Origin: the human T2T-CHM13v2.0 reference genome, Homo sapiens
Strand: one strand, 5' to 3'
NCBI RefSeq assembly: GCF_009914755.1
Contig: NC_060939.1
DNA: 64,000 nucleotides
Shown: piece after piece, positions 31,331 to 44,749 of the stretch
How the letters are laid out: each line of letters opens with the position of its first letter
Position numbering within the stretch: the first letter of the stretch is position 1
Position numbers and translations under genes: made by a program
Notes under the pieces: model-generated
What the model saw: only the letters and a program-made list of their open reading frames with translations
Database searches by the model: none
What the model was told of the DNA's origin: nothing

Positions 31331-32383
31331 CACCTAAGGGCCCAAAGATCACATCTGAACAAAGGATGGAACTTGGAACTTACATTTACCTTTCCTGCCC
31401 CTGACTTTTTAAACTGTTATTAGAAGTATACAAAAACAAAAGGCAGGACATAAAAGTAGTGAAATGCTTTAAACTCTACAAATGACTCAGTTCAAATGTG
31501 CGGTGACAGCCTGGGTTTCCTGCCATTTCGTTAACCCCTCGTGTACTGGATTCTTTTAGAAGCAGTGGTTTCCATGCCAGACATCACTTCTTGGGGGAAG
31601 CAAAGCAAACAGAGGCTGGGGAGGGGTGAGTGGGGATCTCGGGGACTCCGCCGAACTTGGGGAGGGAGCCTTGTCAAGTCTGGCCTGGCCCACGCTGAGG
31701 TCCGTTCGCACCCCAGGACCTTTCTAGAAAAGTCCTAGATTACTATACAACAGGCAGATCTGATGCTGAAACAGAAATAAGGCAGGTCTCTGAGCGGATC
31801 TAAAGTTCCCTACTATGCAAGAGCTCACGGGCCTCCAAAGCACCTACTAAGCACCTTTCTGAGAAGACTTGCATGGAGGGCTCTGTTCCAAGGCTCTCCA
31901 TTCGTGGCCTAGGTTGAGTTTCCTTTTGAAAACCAAGACTTACTTTAGGTTTTTTTTTTTAATTATTATTGTTATAACTGTTGATAAGCAAAAATCAATC
32001 AAAGACATCGTTAAATGGGCCAATGAATTTACTTCATTTTATGTTTTCAAAACAAACCTTCCCCCTAAAAGGTTATTACCAAATCCAATTTCATTTACAA
32101 TATACGCCACATTGCCATTTAAACAAAGAATGCTTTCATGTTACCATTTCCCCAGAATGCTTCTTCTAGTGAGGTACATTTTTCAGAAGACATTTGAGCC
32201 AACAGAGGGTATCTCTGGATCCTTAGTGGTCCTCAAAATTCTCAGTGGGGATCGGATCTATTCCCAATATTTCAAAATTCTTTCCAAAAGCTGTCCATTT
32301 CCTCATGGTACAAGTATACAGCTAAATGACACCTAAAATTCTTTGGGCTTGGAGGCACAATTCAGTGTCTTAGCAATGTGGAC

Positions 32384-32494
32384 AGGCCAGGTGCGGTCTC
32401 AGTATTTTGGGAGCTGAGGTGGGATGATTGCTTGAGGCCAGGAGTTCGAGACCAGCATGGGCGACACTGCAAGACCTCATCTCTAAAAATAAAA
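32384..32494 (+). mobile_element. Alu monomer (FLAM-like)
   Basis: Single left arm. Confidence 0.75.
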
Positions 32495-32707
32495 CTGTTT
32501 TAGAAATTTAAAAAAACTGAGGAAGTTTATTTTGATCAAAAGATCTTAATAGCAATAATGACAGCAGTTGTAACAGGAATACTAATGAGTTGCAACTAAA
32601 CTTTTCAAATTCTTACCTGCCTGCCTGCCTGGCACTGTAGCCCACCCTCTCTGCATTATTTCATGTATTCCTCACAGCACACCAGAAGCTGCTATCTTCT
32701 CTCTTCC

Positions 32708-32931
32708 CCTCCCTCCAATTTAATGCCATCCTCCCTCCTATTGAATGCCACCCTCCTTCCAATTTAATGTTATCCTCTCTCCAATTTGATGCCATCCTCC
32801 CTCTATCCTCCCTCCTGTTAAGTGCCATCCTCCCTCCTATTGAATGCCATCCTCCCTCCTGTTAAATGCCATCCTCCCTCCAAAGTAATGTTATACTCCC
32901 TCCTATTGAATGCCATCTTCCCTCCAATTTA
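32708..32931. repeat. Minisatellite, 22-bp unit, about 10 copies
   Basis: Unit approximately cctccctcc(aattt/tattg/tgtta)aatgccat. Confidence 0.9.
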
Positions 32932-33008
32932 AATAAGAACACTGGGATGAAGAGAAATGCATTCTGCCTAGCATCTAACTGCTGGCAAGGGTCTGACCTC
33001 ATTGAGGG

Positions 33009-33592
33009 TGTTGGGGCTCAGGAACCAATATCGCAAAATATGGCACTTTGATGCGCTGAACTGTAGAACCCTCAGCGTCTCTCTAACCGCCCCCCAACCT
33101 CACCTCTCAATCCTCTGTCTCACCCAAAGCCCAAGATGAACTCCTCCGAAGTTCCTTCTCTCCCTAAACCTAAAATCCAGACACTCCAAAGAGGAAAACA
33201 GGTTTTTATTAACTGAATTCATATTGTGGGAAGAAAAACTGAAGTCTGTCAACACAGCTGGACAGGCTTTTGTCACAAACCACTGTCTGTTATGCAGGCC
33301 TCAAAGACTGTGGCCCAGACTATGGTGTGTTCTTCAAGCACAGTGAATTCCCCTAAAACTCATTTACTACCCCTGTACAATCATCCCCACTTCCCATCTC
33401 CCTTTCCCTTGAGAAGGAGGGTATATAACCCTGCGTACTCCACTGAGATTGGGCAATCATTCTCCCACAGTTCTTCTGTGCTATGCATGTTAATAAATGT
33501 GCTTGCCTTTTCTCCTGTTAATCTGCCCTTTGTCAGTTGATTTCCAGCAAACTTTCAGAGGGCAAAGGAGAAGTTTTCCTCTAGCCCCTACA
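33009..33592 (+). mobile_element. ERV1 solo LTR (MER34/MER39 group)
   Basis: TG...CA ends, 4-bp TSD AGGG, TATA-like tatataa at 33422, AATAAA at 33492. Confidence 0.82.
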
Positions 33593-35039
33593 AGGGCATT
33601 TTAATTGTCTCTAACTTAAAATGAGGACAAAAATTCTTAATTGCCTAATAAAAATAGTTTGGTAGGCAAAATGTTCCAAAATACAGTATCCCCAGTGGAA
33701 AAATAACCACAAGGTATGTGCAGGGTAATTCATACAAACTGCACTCCGGGAAAATGCAAAACAAGTAAACATAGAAAGTCAGGCTAAGAGTCTTCTAAAA
33801 AAGCAGAAATCAAAATAGCTCTTCATGCTTCCTGTAAGTTCTGTCAGTGTGCTAAATATGGCAAGGTGAGTCTTGTACAAATGTGCACAGTGGGCTCCCC
33901 TGCTGCAGGAGTTCAACAAGAAGCTGAAGCACCATGTTGTGACCAGCAGGAGTCTAACAGTCACCCAGCCCCTTTTCAACCTTCCCAAAACGTGGGGAAG
34001 CCCTGTCTTTAAAAGGTTCTTCCAAACATGCTTCTCAGTGAAGGCCTGACTGGCCTTTGGGAAAGGGTAGTCAATGGGGCAGGACCTTCCTGGGCAGGTG
34101 GGGCCATCACATGTCAGCCAGTAACCCCGGTTGTGAGTACCAGTGCCAGGGACACTGCCAGTCACTGTGATTGTTAAATGTCTACCAACACGTCGGGAAG
34201 GAAGTACTCCCCCCCAGATGAGACCCCTGACCCCTTACTTGCAGGAAGGATGGAACCTGAGAATTGACAATCACCACAATGAATGACCATTAAATGAGCA
34301 CCATGCAGGCCATGGCATAGCACCCAGGAACAGGCAGGTGGGGCTTCAAAGGCCACTGAAAGGTACAGAAGAACTGCATTAAAAATGGCAAGACCTGGTG
34401 GAATCCAAAAGAATCAGCTAAAACAAAACAAAACAAAACAACCAAAAACAAGACCACTTGTGGTTCCAATGAGCTATGATTGCACCAGTGCGCTCCGGCC
34501 TGGGCAACAGAGTTAGACCCTGTCTCAGAAAAAAAAAGAAAAAAAAAAAAAGACTCAGGAGACAACTTGATTGGTTCCTACTGACCAAAGAAATCAATTA
34601 CAGTAATAACTGCAATGAACTAAAATCAATAAATTATATTTAAATCCACAAATTCATAATAATATATTTTTTAGAAAAGTTATATAGCCCTCAGGAGAAG
34701 TGGTTGGTTCTAGAGCTGGGCCAGCCAAAATAGATGAGCCTGGAACAGCCCATGTAGTCAGAGAGTAAGGGAGAGTTCAGAAAGAAGAAAGCCTGGGGCC
34801 TGTGAAGGACAGGACAGCCAGCTTGAAAGAGCTCCCAAAAGCCACAGCCTGGAACAGTGTGAGCAAAAGGATCAATTACATTAATATCCACTGATCATCC
34901 CCAGAATAAAACAAATTTCCAGTAGACTACAATGACATCAGTCATGGAGTATACAAATCAATAAGAAAGAAAAACAGCTGTTCTAAGAATTCTAGTTCAT
35001 CAATAGAGAAGGAATGGGGGGAAAGAAAATCCCTATTAG

Positions 35040-36700
<1,661 letters not shown>

Positions 36701-36718
36701 AGAAAGCTAACTGGTTAC

Positions 36719-37076
36719 TGATATGAGTTGGCTCTCTGTCCCCACCCAAATCTCACCTTGAATTGTAATAATCCCCACGTGTCAAGGGCAGGACCAGGTT
36801 GAGGTAACTGAATCATGGAGGCGGTTTCCTCCATGCTGTTCTCGTGCTAATGAGTGAGTCTCACGAGATCTGATGGTTTTACAAGCGTCTGGCATTTCCC
36901 CTGCTTGCACTCATTCTCTCTCCTGCTACCTTGTAAAGAGGTGCCTTCTGTCATTATTGTAAGTTTCCTGAGGCCTCCCCAGCCATGCAGAACTGTGAGT
37001 CAATTAAACCTGTTTTCTTTATAAATTACCCAGTCTTGGGTATTTCTTCATAGCAGCCTGAGAATGGACTAATAGA
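36719..37076 (+). mobile_element. THE1 (THE1C/D-like) solo LTR
   Basis: tgatatg...cccacccaaatctcaccttgaattgtaataatcccc...gactaataga; imperfect 5-bp TSD gttac/gttag. Confidence 0.88.
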
Positions 37077-37756
37077 GTTAGCGTTAGATGTTAGTGATCC
37101 AATATCAAGCACTTATTTCTCTTTTACTATACAGGCTGGACCACTGGGAAACCAGGGAGTAGATGAGGGGAAGTGTCTCTTTATAAAAGTATTTCCTATA
37201 ATAAATTAGGACACCACCATTTGGCAACCTCTAACAAATCAATGGATATAGGCAATGATCATCAATGGCTGTCAACATCACAAAAAGACAAGTAAGCACA
37301 CGTGTCTCCTAATGGAAGTGCAGAACACCACCTAGGAATGTGGAGACCAAAACAACGACAACAACAACAACAACAACAAAAATTCAAACCTGAGCCTGAT
37401 GAAACACTGAGGAAGTGTGCAGACCCTCCTACCAATCCACAGGAATTACAATAGAAAAAAAACATGTTACCTGAAACCACACAGAAGTAATCAGCAGTAT
37501 TCAGGCCCTGGAAAACCCCATAGGACAAATAACCCAATTTCTTCAAAATAAATTGCAAGGGAAAGAAAGAAAGAGAATAGAGTTTTCTGGGGGAAAATCT
37601 ATAGACTAAAAGTGACTTAAAAGATTTATCAGCCACCTGCTGAGTAGGCCTCATTTATAGCTAATTCAAGCATACATATTGAAAAGTACACATCCCATTT
37701 ATGAGATAAGTGGAAATCTGAACACACACTGGGTATTTAACAGTATTAGGAAATTA

Positions 37757-38052
37757 GGCTGGGCACACTGGCTCAGGCTTGTCATCCCAGCACTTTGGGA
37801 GGTCAAGGAAGGAAGACAGCTGGAGCCCAGGAGTTGGAGACCAGCCTGGGCAACATAGTGAGACCTTATCTCTATGAAATTTTTAAGAAAAATTAGCCAG
37901 GTGTGGTGGCGTGCACCCGTGGTCCCAGCTACTCAGGAGGCTGAGGCAGGAGGATCACTTGAGGCCAAGAGATGGAAGCTGCAGTGAACCGTGATCATGC
38001 CACTGTACTCCAGCCTAGGCAACAGGGCAAGACTCTGTCTTAAAAAATAATA
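37757..38052 (+). mobile_element. AluJ-like within old L1ME/MC 3' fragments (about 37200-38320)
   Basis: Dimeric Alu; flanks are L1-like. Confidence 0.85.
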
Positions 38053-38379
38053 ATTTTTTTTAGGTATGATAATGGTATTTATAGTTTAGTTTTAAGAAGA
38101 GTCATGCTTTTCTAAAGACAAATACTGACACATTTACAGGTGAAACGTCATGATGTCTGGAGTTTGCATCAGAATGACAGAGGAGAAGGGAGTAGGTGGG
38201 AATACAGATAAAATAATGTTAGCCATGAGTTGCTAATTGTTGAAACTGGACAATGGTACATGGCAGTTTGTCACATGTGCACATTTCTATGTATGTGAAA
38301 TTTTCTAGAATAATTATTTTAAAGAGGCCTGTTGTTCTTGGGGTGGGAATACCAAGTAAGGTAATAACTGTGAACACGG

Positions 38380-38570
38380 GGTCAGAGCAGGGTAGATCTG
38401 GGCTCAAATCACGGTACTGCCATCTCCTAACAGTGTGACCTTAGGCAAGCTATTGAGTCTTGAAGCCTCAGTTTCCTCATCTGTGGAATGGGGATGTGGA
38501 AATGATATGATCGTTGGGAGGATAAAATGGAATTGTGCATATAGAACATTTGGCTCATATTAACAAGTAA
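38380..38570 (+). mobile_element. MIR
   Basis: Core tgtgaccttaggcaag...gcctcagtttcctcatctgtggaatgggg. Confidence 0.8.
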
Positions 38571-41500
38571 AAAAGGAACTGCCTCATGAACAAGCCTGCC
38601 TTTGGATGACAACCAAGGTTTTAGGAAAAGAAACGTTCTTTTTCCACTGCAACTTGACCTCATGAGCCCAGTAATATATGATATGTAACAGGTACCGAAA
38701 AATTATTTCCAACAAACATGTGAATGGCAATGTGGAAATAATATTCCGCAAGCGTCCAGTGCGCTAACCTACCTACAGGGATGTCAACCCTGCTTAAGAA
38801 GAACTGGCGTGGTCCCTGCGCATTCTTAACTCCTGGGTCTTGTCCTGGTGTCTCTGCTTTTGCAAACCTTTTACCCAAATGACAGAGATGCTGTGCTTCC
38901 CAGGGGAAAGATGTGTTGACTGCTGTCTTGTTGCATTAAGAGGGAGGGATGGAGGGAATATGCCATGAAAGAGCCAAGGGTGCCACAGAGGAAGAGATGA
39001 GGCTCACCTGGAAGGGAAGGGAAAGAGGCACGGAGAAGGAGTAGGAGAGGGGAGACAAGAGAAACAAAAGCCCTGGCAGAAAAGAAAACAAAAGGAGGAC
39101 TTTGTTGAGTGAGAAGCTCACCTTCTCATCTGCTCAGCTCTTCCAAAACAACAAAGCATGAAGGGCAGGGGACACGGGTTGGAGAAATAACCCTGGTGGG
39201 CTGGGAAAATGGAGCGAAAATCAAAGTGAGGGGAAGAGACCAAAAGTAGGGCAATTCCAAAATAAGCAGAGAGCACCTCCTGACTACCTGTTTCCCAAAA
39301 GATGACGGAAAGACACTGAGATGCTGCCCTCAGACCCAAGCACAGAGCCCAGAAGATTCAGGGAAAAGTCGCCTCCGGTTATTTCCTGCAGAAATACTGC
39401 TGGTTACATCATCCTGGAGACAGACACTGAAAGGTGTCAATAAGATTATATTCGAGTCATCACAAAGTACATAGAAGCAAAAGGGAGAAAAAAAAAAGAT
39501 AACAATAGCCTAGGCAGGCTTTGGGGGACAGATGAAATCACTGGCCCAGGTCCTCCTCCAGCAGCACCCTTGCAAGGCACACTCCATTTCTGGGAGCAGG
39601 GCTCCAGGTCTGCTGATTTAAGGTTTCCCCCCTCACCCCTGCTGTGGAAGAGGTGGATGAGAAAGCTTTCTGCAAGGCACAAAGTCTTCCTCTGATAGGA
39701 GATCTCTGCTTCCTGCCTGCAGAACTGCCCGCCACTCTCCCAGCCTGGGCTGAGTCCCTTTGCCCTTCTCTTCCCCTCTCCTCCTCCAGCCCTGCCCAGC
39801 AGGACCCCTGAGGTTGCTCTGCTGCCCCCTCAGCTCTCGGCCCCGAGGGATGCCCACCCTGTTCCAGCTGGACACTCAGTGTTGGAGACCGATGTCAGCT
39901 AAAGGGAAGTCCAAGCCTCAAATGAAAGCCGGAGGCCACATCCCCCTCGACTCTCACCAGGGCTCACTGAGTGGCAGGGTCTCAAGCGCAGGCAGCCCCT
40001 TTCTTCCCACCCGGGGCTGTGGGAAGATGGCTTCTCTGAACAGCCTTAGCCAGCACCGAGGTCCATATGATCAGAGGGGCTTCCCACACCCTCCCATCAC
40101 AGTGGACCACAGCTTAGTGACGCTGGGTGGGTGGCCCTTCCCCCCTGCAGGCGCCACAGGCAGGACCTAACCCCCCCAGAATCACCCAGTGCTCCCCCAA
40201 CCTGCTGAGCGTGGCTCAAGAGGGTTTTCCTAAATAGCGTGTGAAATCCATTAGGAGAAAATGGGTTCAGAAGGAGGAAACAGGACTGCTTCTCAAACAC
40301 CCTGGCCTAGGAAGCTACATTTCTAACAGGCTCTAAGGGGATTCTCACAGAAAGGGGCCCAAGGATGGTGTCACTGAAAAACAGCACATAAATAATAACA
40401 TAAACGATGACGCACTACAGGCTGCACATCCACATACAAGGGAATGTCCCAGAAGTCACTTCTGGGACAGTGGCAGCAGGTAAGACTTCCAGCTAAAGTC
40501 TGCTCATACTCTGCGTGAACAATGTGTTGCACGCTTGGACCGACACTCCTATGCACAGCAGCTAGAGCAGCAACACTTGGAGGAAGCGCCACACAAAACA
40601 GACCTAGACAGTTCACAGTCGTGCGTCTGATCTTCTCTGCAGTCAACCAAACGCACTGCACAGACCTTGGCCTGACACAGAAGGCATTTCCTTGGCTGCT
40701 CTGTGCTGTCTGGGTGCCAGGTCCTGAGAGCCAGGGCTTCATGTCGATGCTTCACCCCAGTGTACCCTAGAACCTGTTCTCAACCTCTGTGCCATGACCC
40801 TGTCCACCCCCCGCCCCCGATCTCTCACTGCAGCACCCACTCTCTGCCCCACCTTGCTTGGCACCATTTTCCTGATCCTCACACCACCGTCCCAGACTCT
40901 TGTCCTGCACTGGGACGCCTCGCCAGACATGGAGCCTGCATCCCGGGGCTGGGAGCCCCACCCAGGACTTCACCTGGTAGACATGCCCTATGGTGCCATC
41001 TGTCCCTACAGTAAACTCTGGGTGAAACCAGCCTCCTCCTCCTTCTATTTCCAGGGCCTGGCACCACCTCTTCCAGCCTTTCTGGGACTGGAAGAATTTG
41101 ACCTGCCTTCCCAGGGAACAATAAACAGAAGTAGGGCATTGCGCCCACTGTCCTCAAGGCAGCTGGGAAGTGAATGAAAAATGCTGACAGTTCCTTCAGT
41201 AAGGAAGAGGACAGAGTCTGAGGGAGAGTTAAGATGCCTGGAGTCAAGGGCAGAGTGGAAGGGGAGGGGAACGTAGATGGGTGTAGTCCAAATGGAAGCT
41301 AAAGTTTCAAAGTCCCATGAAGCCTTACAAGGTCACAGAGACAAGAGAATAGCTTTTAGATCCCAACCTCAGTTTCCTCATCGGCAAGATGGGTGTGATA
41401 GTTACTATAAGGATCGAATGACATAATGGATTCAAAGCACTTTGCCAACTGAAAATAAACTGTATTTCTCCTGAGGCATAAGTATTTCTAAAAAGGAGGC

Positions 41501-41744
41501 TACAGGAGTTACGGGCTCAGTAATAACAGGAAGTGGTATCTGTGCAAAGGCTTAAAACTGTTGAGCCCCACCAGGGCTATGTGGTGGAGGCCTTGCTCAG
41601 GGGACACGGAGGGCATTTGTGTAAGGGGTGCCGCTCTTGTCCCTGCTCAGGCTTCTGGTGAACAGGGGCCAGGAAATCCCACAGCCCGGTCTAATGACAG
41701 TCACGCTTGCTGACTGGCCAAAGAGCAAGGCTTGGGAGCAGGCA

Positions 41745-42090
41745 GAGTGGTGTTTCTGAAAAGTGTGGGCCATCATATAAGAGTTACGTGCACGCTAATC
41801 TAATACATTCCTGGGCTCAATCCCAGGCCTGCTGAGTGAGACACTTTGGAAAACTGTAATTTTAACAAGCGCCTTCAGTGACTCTTACAAAAGTTTCAGA
41901 AGCACGAGCAAAGAAATATTCAAAAAGCTGTGCGGTCGGGAAGACCTGGGTCAAATCCCAGTACCACGACCTTGCTGCTGTGTGACACTGGGCAGGTTTA
42001 CTTAACCTCTCTGAACCCGTTTACTCTGTTTACAAAAATATGGAGCATAACCACTGCAGTGTTGCTGGGAGGGTGAAAGGTACTCAACTA
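41745..42090. mobile_element. MER5A-like fragment followed by MIR
   Basis: gtttctgaaaagtgtgg...ttttaacaagc...; MIR core gctgtgtgacactgggcagg...cttaacctctctgaacc. Confidence 0.6.
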
Positions 42091-43243
42091 CAGAGGCACG
42101 CATCCATGGCTTCATCCAAGCTATGAGTGCCTGTGTCTAAGGCATTCGTGAATGCCTACGTTTAAGAGGCAGGAGCCACTCTGACCCTCCTCTTTTAGGG
42201 GAACAATCTGCCACTAAGAGAGCATAGGGCTTCCTAGAGTCTCCCCATGCATAATGGAAGCCAGATACCGCTAATGTTCTATTCAGAAGCCCATCTCAGT
42301 CCCTGTTCCGGGGTCAAGCAAGGTGAGGCAGGAGGTAACGATGGGCTGAGCTTTGGAGGAAAGCTAAGACGACCCACCTTTCTCAGGGACAGGGCCTTGA
42401 GGTGGTCCAGGCTGCTGGACACAGCTCCAAGATGGATCTACCAAGGGGCTCTCCTGGGGTGGAGAGCATAAAGGATGAAAAGGCCGCAGGCCTCTGGACA
42501 GGTCCGCCGGAGACTCTAAAACTCAGGGAGGGAAAAAGAGCAGGAGTGGTCCATCGCAGGGTCACCCCTGGTACTGCCCGTGGCAGGGCTCACAAACACC
42601 CCACAGCCTCTTTCCCCCAGGAAGCAGGTTAAGATGAAGAAAATTAGGCAGGCAGCTACCGGGCGGTGCCTGGCTCGCGGCTCATGGCTCACAGTGGAGG
42701 ATGGACACTGCTGTTATTTCCCCTGCCCTGGTACCTGGGCCGTGCCAGACATATCAGCACTTGGCGGCAGTTTCACTTTGCTGCTGTCCTGAGCCGAGCT
42801 GTTAGCAGACTGAGCTTTACTGTCCTGTGCCGGCTGTTCAGAGACCACTGTGCCTGGCCGAAGACTGAGGCAGGGACTTCAGGCCAGGGGGCCAGGCTGG
42901 CTTTTCCTGCCTTTCACTTCAGGTGGGAGCGGCTGTGGATGAGGATGTCCAGCGGCCGTCGGTTTCTAGCCTTGGGATCATTCTGGCCCCGACACGGAGT
43001 GACAGGGGATCCCCACGCGTCCCCGCATCCAGGGCGCCCCTTTAGCTGCGGCGGAGGCACAGAGAGGCCTTGGCGGCGCTGTGGCTTCGGTCGGCACCGG
43101 GTCCCGCGCAGCCGGGCCCTCCACCCTGAGTGGAGCTGCCTTCTAAGCACCCAGCCCCTGCCAATCACTGTGCCCAACACCAAGTTCCCGGGGCGCCCTG
43201 CCCTGCGCCACCGCGCGCTCGCTCGCCCGCCCGCCCAACTCAC

Positions 43244-43692
43244 CTGCTGAAGACCAGGCAGCCCAGGTGGTTGATCTTGTGGTCGGAGCGGTGGCGGCTG
43301 TAGTCCTCCCACAGGTCCCTGAAGGCCGTGATGGCCAGGATGAAGAGCACCGGCGCCAGTGCCAGGCCGGGCTGGAAGGCGTTCACCGCCGGCACGAAGT
43401 TGAGCAGCGCGATGAAGACAAAGTACACGTTGGCCGGGCGGTGGAACTGCTCGAACAGGTTCTTGGGCAGGAAGGACAGCAGCGTGTACTTGGTAGTCTT
43501 GAGCCGGTTGTCGGCCAGGTGCTGGGCACACCCGCGCCGCCGTCGCCGCTCGCCCTTGGCCGCGCCAGCCGCAGGGTCCTCGGCGCCCGGGGGCGGCAGC
43601 AGGTTGGAGCGCACCGTGCGCGTCCTGCCCTCTCGGCGCCTCCGCCGTCCCGGAGGCCCGGGCTCCTCGGTCCCCGCCGGCTCCCGCTCCAT
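43244..43692 (-). CDS. ATP10A: ATP10A first coding exon (449 nt, codons 1-150): N-terminus, TM1 and TM2 of a P4-ATPase flippase
   Basis: Translation [12 protein letters not shown]...[30 protein letters not shown]...[15 protein letters not shown] has the P4-ATPase N-terminal signature and matches ATP10A as I recall it. Strong Kozak GCGGCCATGG. Canonical donor CAG|GTGAGT (intron starts at 43243, phase 2). Confidence 0.97.
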
Positions 43693-43749
43693 GGCCGCGT
43701 GTCGCCGCGCCCGGCTCCTCCGCCGCTCACGCCCGCCCGCGCCGGCCTC

Positions 43750-43761
43750 TTAGGTTATCAT
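43750..43761 (-). promoter_or_regulatory. Minimal upstream ORF (Met-Ile-Thr-stop) in the putative ATP10A 5'UTR
   Basis: Minus strand reads gtgATGATAACCTAA; the stop lies 57 nt upstream of the main ATG. Confidence 0.55.
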
Positions 43762-44702
43762 CACTCGCGGCCCGGGCGCGGCGGTGCGAGCTCCCCGCCT
43801 GCGGGACGCACGGAGACCGCGGTCAGCGCGCCGCCTGGCCGGCCCAGCGCGCCCAGCCCGCGCCCAGCCCCGTCCACTCCCGTCCAGCCCCGCCGCCCGG
43901 CCGCAGTCCCCAGGGCGCAAGCTGGGCGGGTGCCGCACAGAGCCCCCTTGTCCTCGCCGCCCGCCCCCGGCCCGGGTCGTTTCCGCCGCGGTGGCCACGG
44001 CCCCGCCCTCGTTCCGCGCCCGGACTGGGCCACGCCGGATAGCGGGAAACAAAAAAAGCCCGAGCTGGAAACTTCAGAGAGGTTTAGTTTCGTTTCCCAG
44101 AAGCATCAGTTCGGTCCCAAAACGCTGCAAACGCGCGCTGCCTGCAGTAGGAGAGAGGAAACCGCGAAGCGCGAGAAAAGGCGCCCCCGTCCCCAAGCAG
44201 CCCGCGCGCCCTTCCAGGGGCCAGACCTGCTCCATCCTGGACGGCGAAACGACCTCGGGAGACCCCGGTTAGGACCTTACTCCAGGGATCAACTGGAATC
44301 AAAATCCAAAGGATCCATGGCATCCAGTGCTCCAATTTTTAAGTCTTTTTTACGCAGGACCTCTGCTCCTGGGGAGCCCTGGGAAGGGCGATTCCGCGTT
44401 GCCTCTAAGAACTTCTTTCCTACCCCACTTCCCAGCCCCCACCACTTTCAGATTCCGTTGTTGGGCGAACTAGACCGTTTCCTTTCCACCATCATCATTA
44501 CTGCCTTTCCTTCCTCTCCTAAATAAATTCTTTTTCTTTTTTCTGTTCTTTCTTCATGGAAAGGAGAAATATATCGCTATAGCAAAGACAGAATTTGGTT
44601 TGCAGGTATTTGAGTGTCTGTTTCCCTCCCTGGGAAATCATGAGGACCGAAACGCTCCTTGTGCGCTGTAGCTCTGAGGTGGCTGTCATGGCCCGGACGG
44701 CG

Positions 44703-44749
44703 GGGGAGGCGAGGATGGTTGTGGGGAGGCGAGGATGGTTGTGGGGAGG
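44703..44749. repeat. 20-bp tandem duplication ggggaggcgaggatggttgt (x2.3)
   Basis: Two identical copies plus a partial third. Confidence 0.9.

Larger units (their letters stand above)
42930..44300. promoter_or_regulatory. CpG island / ATP10A promoter spanning exon 1
   Basis: Very high GC and CpG density; GC-box-like CCCGCC/GGGCGG motifs near 43730-43970; no TATA box. A weaker GC-rich shoulder extends to about 44900. Confidence 0.92.

Noticed and set aside
30781-31423. Overlapping 150-207 aa ORFs at the intronic CpG element
   Set aside because: Expected in GC-rich DNA; no recognisable homology.
32708-32931. CRISPR-like repeat appearance
   Set aside because: Contiguous tandem units with no unique spacers, in eukaryotic DNA.
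42140-42157. Short inverted repeat aggcattc-gt-gaatgcct
   Set aside because: An 8-bp stem is within chance expectation for 64 kb.
43240-43243. Stop codon ending the 150-aa ORF, suggesting a short standalone protein
   Set aside because: The TGA is part of the GTGAGT splice donor; this is an ordinary phase-2 exon boundary.
43267-44526. 419-aa plus-strand ORF and other long ORFs over the CpG island
   Set aside because: Antisense shadow of ATP10A exon 1 plus stop-poor GC-rich DNA; non-ATG start, low complexity, no domain.
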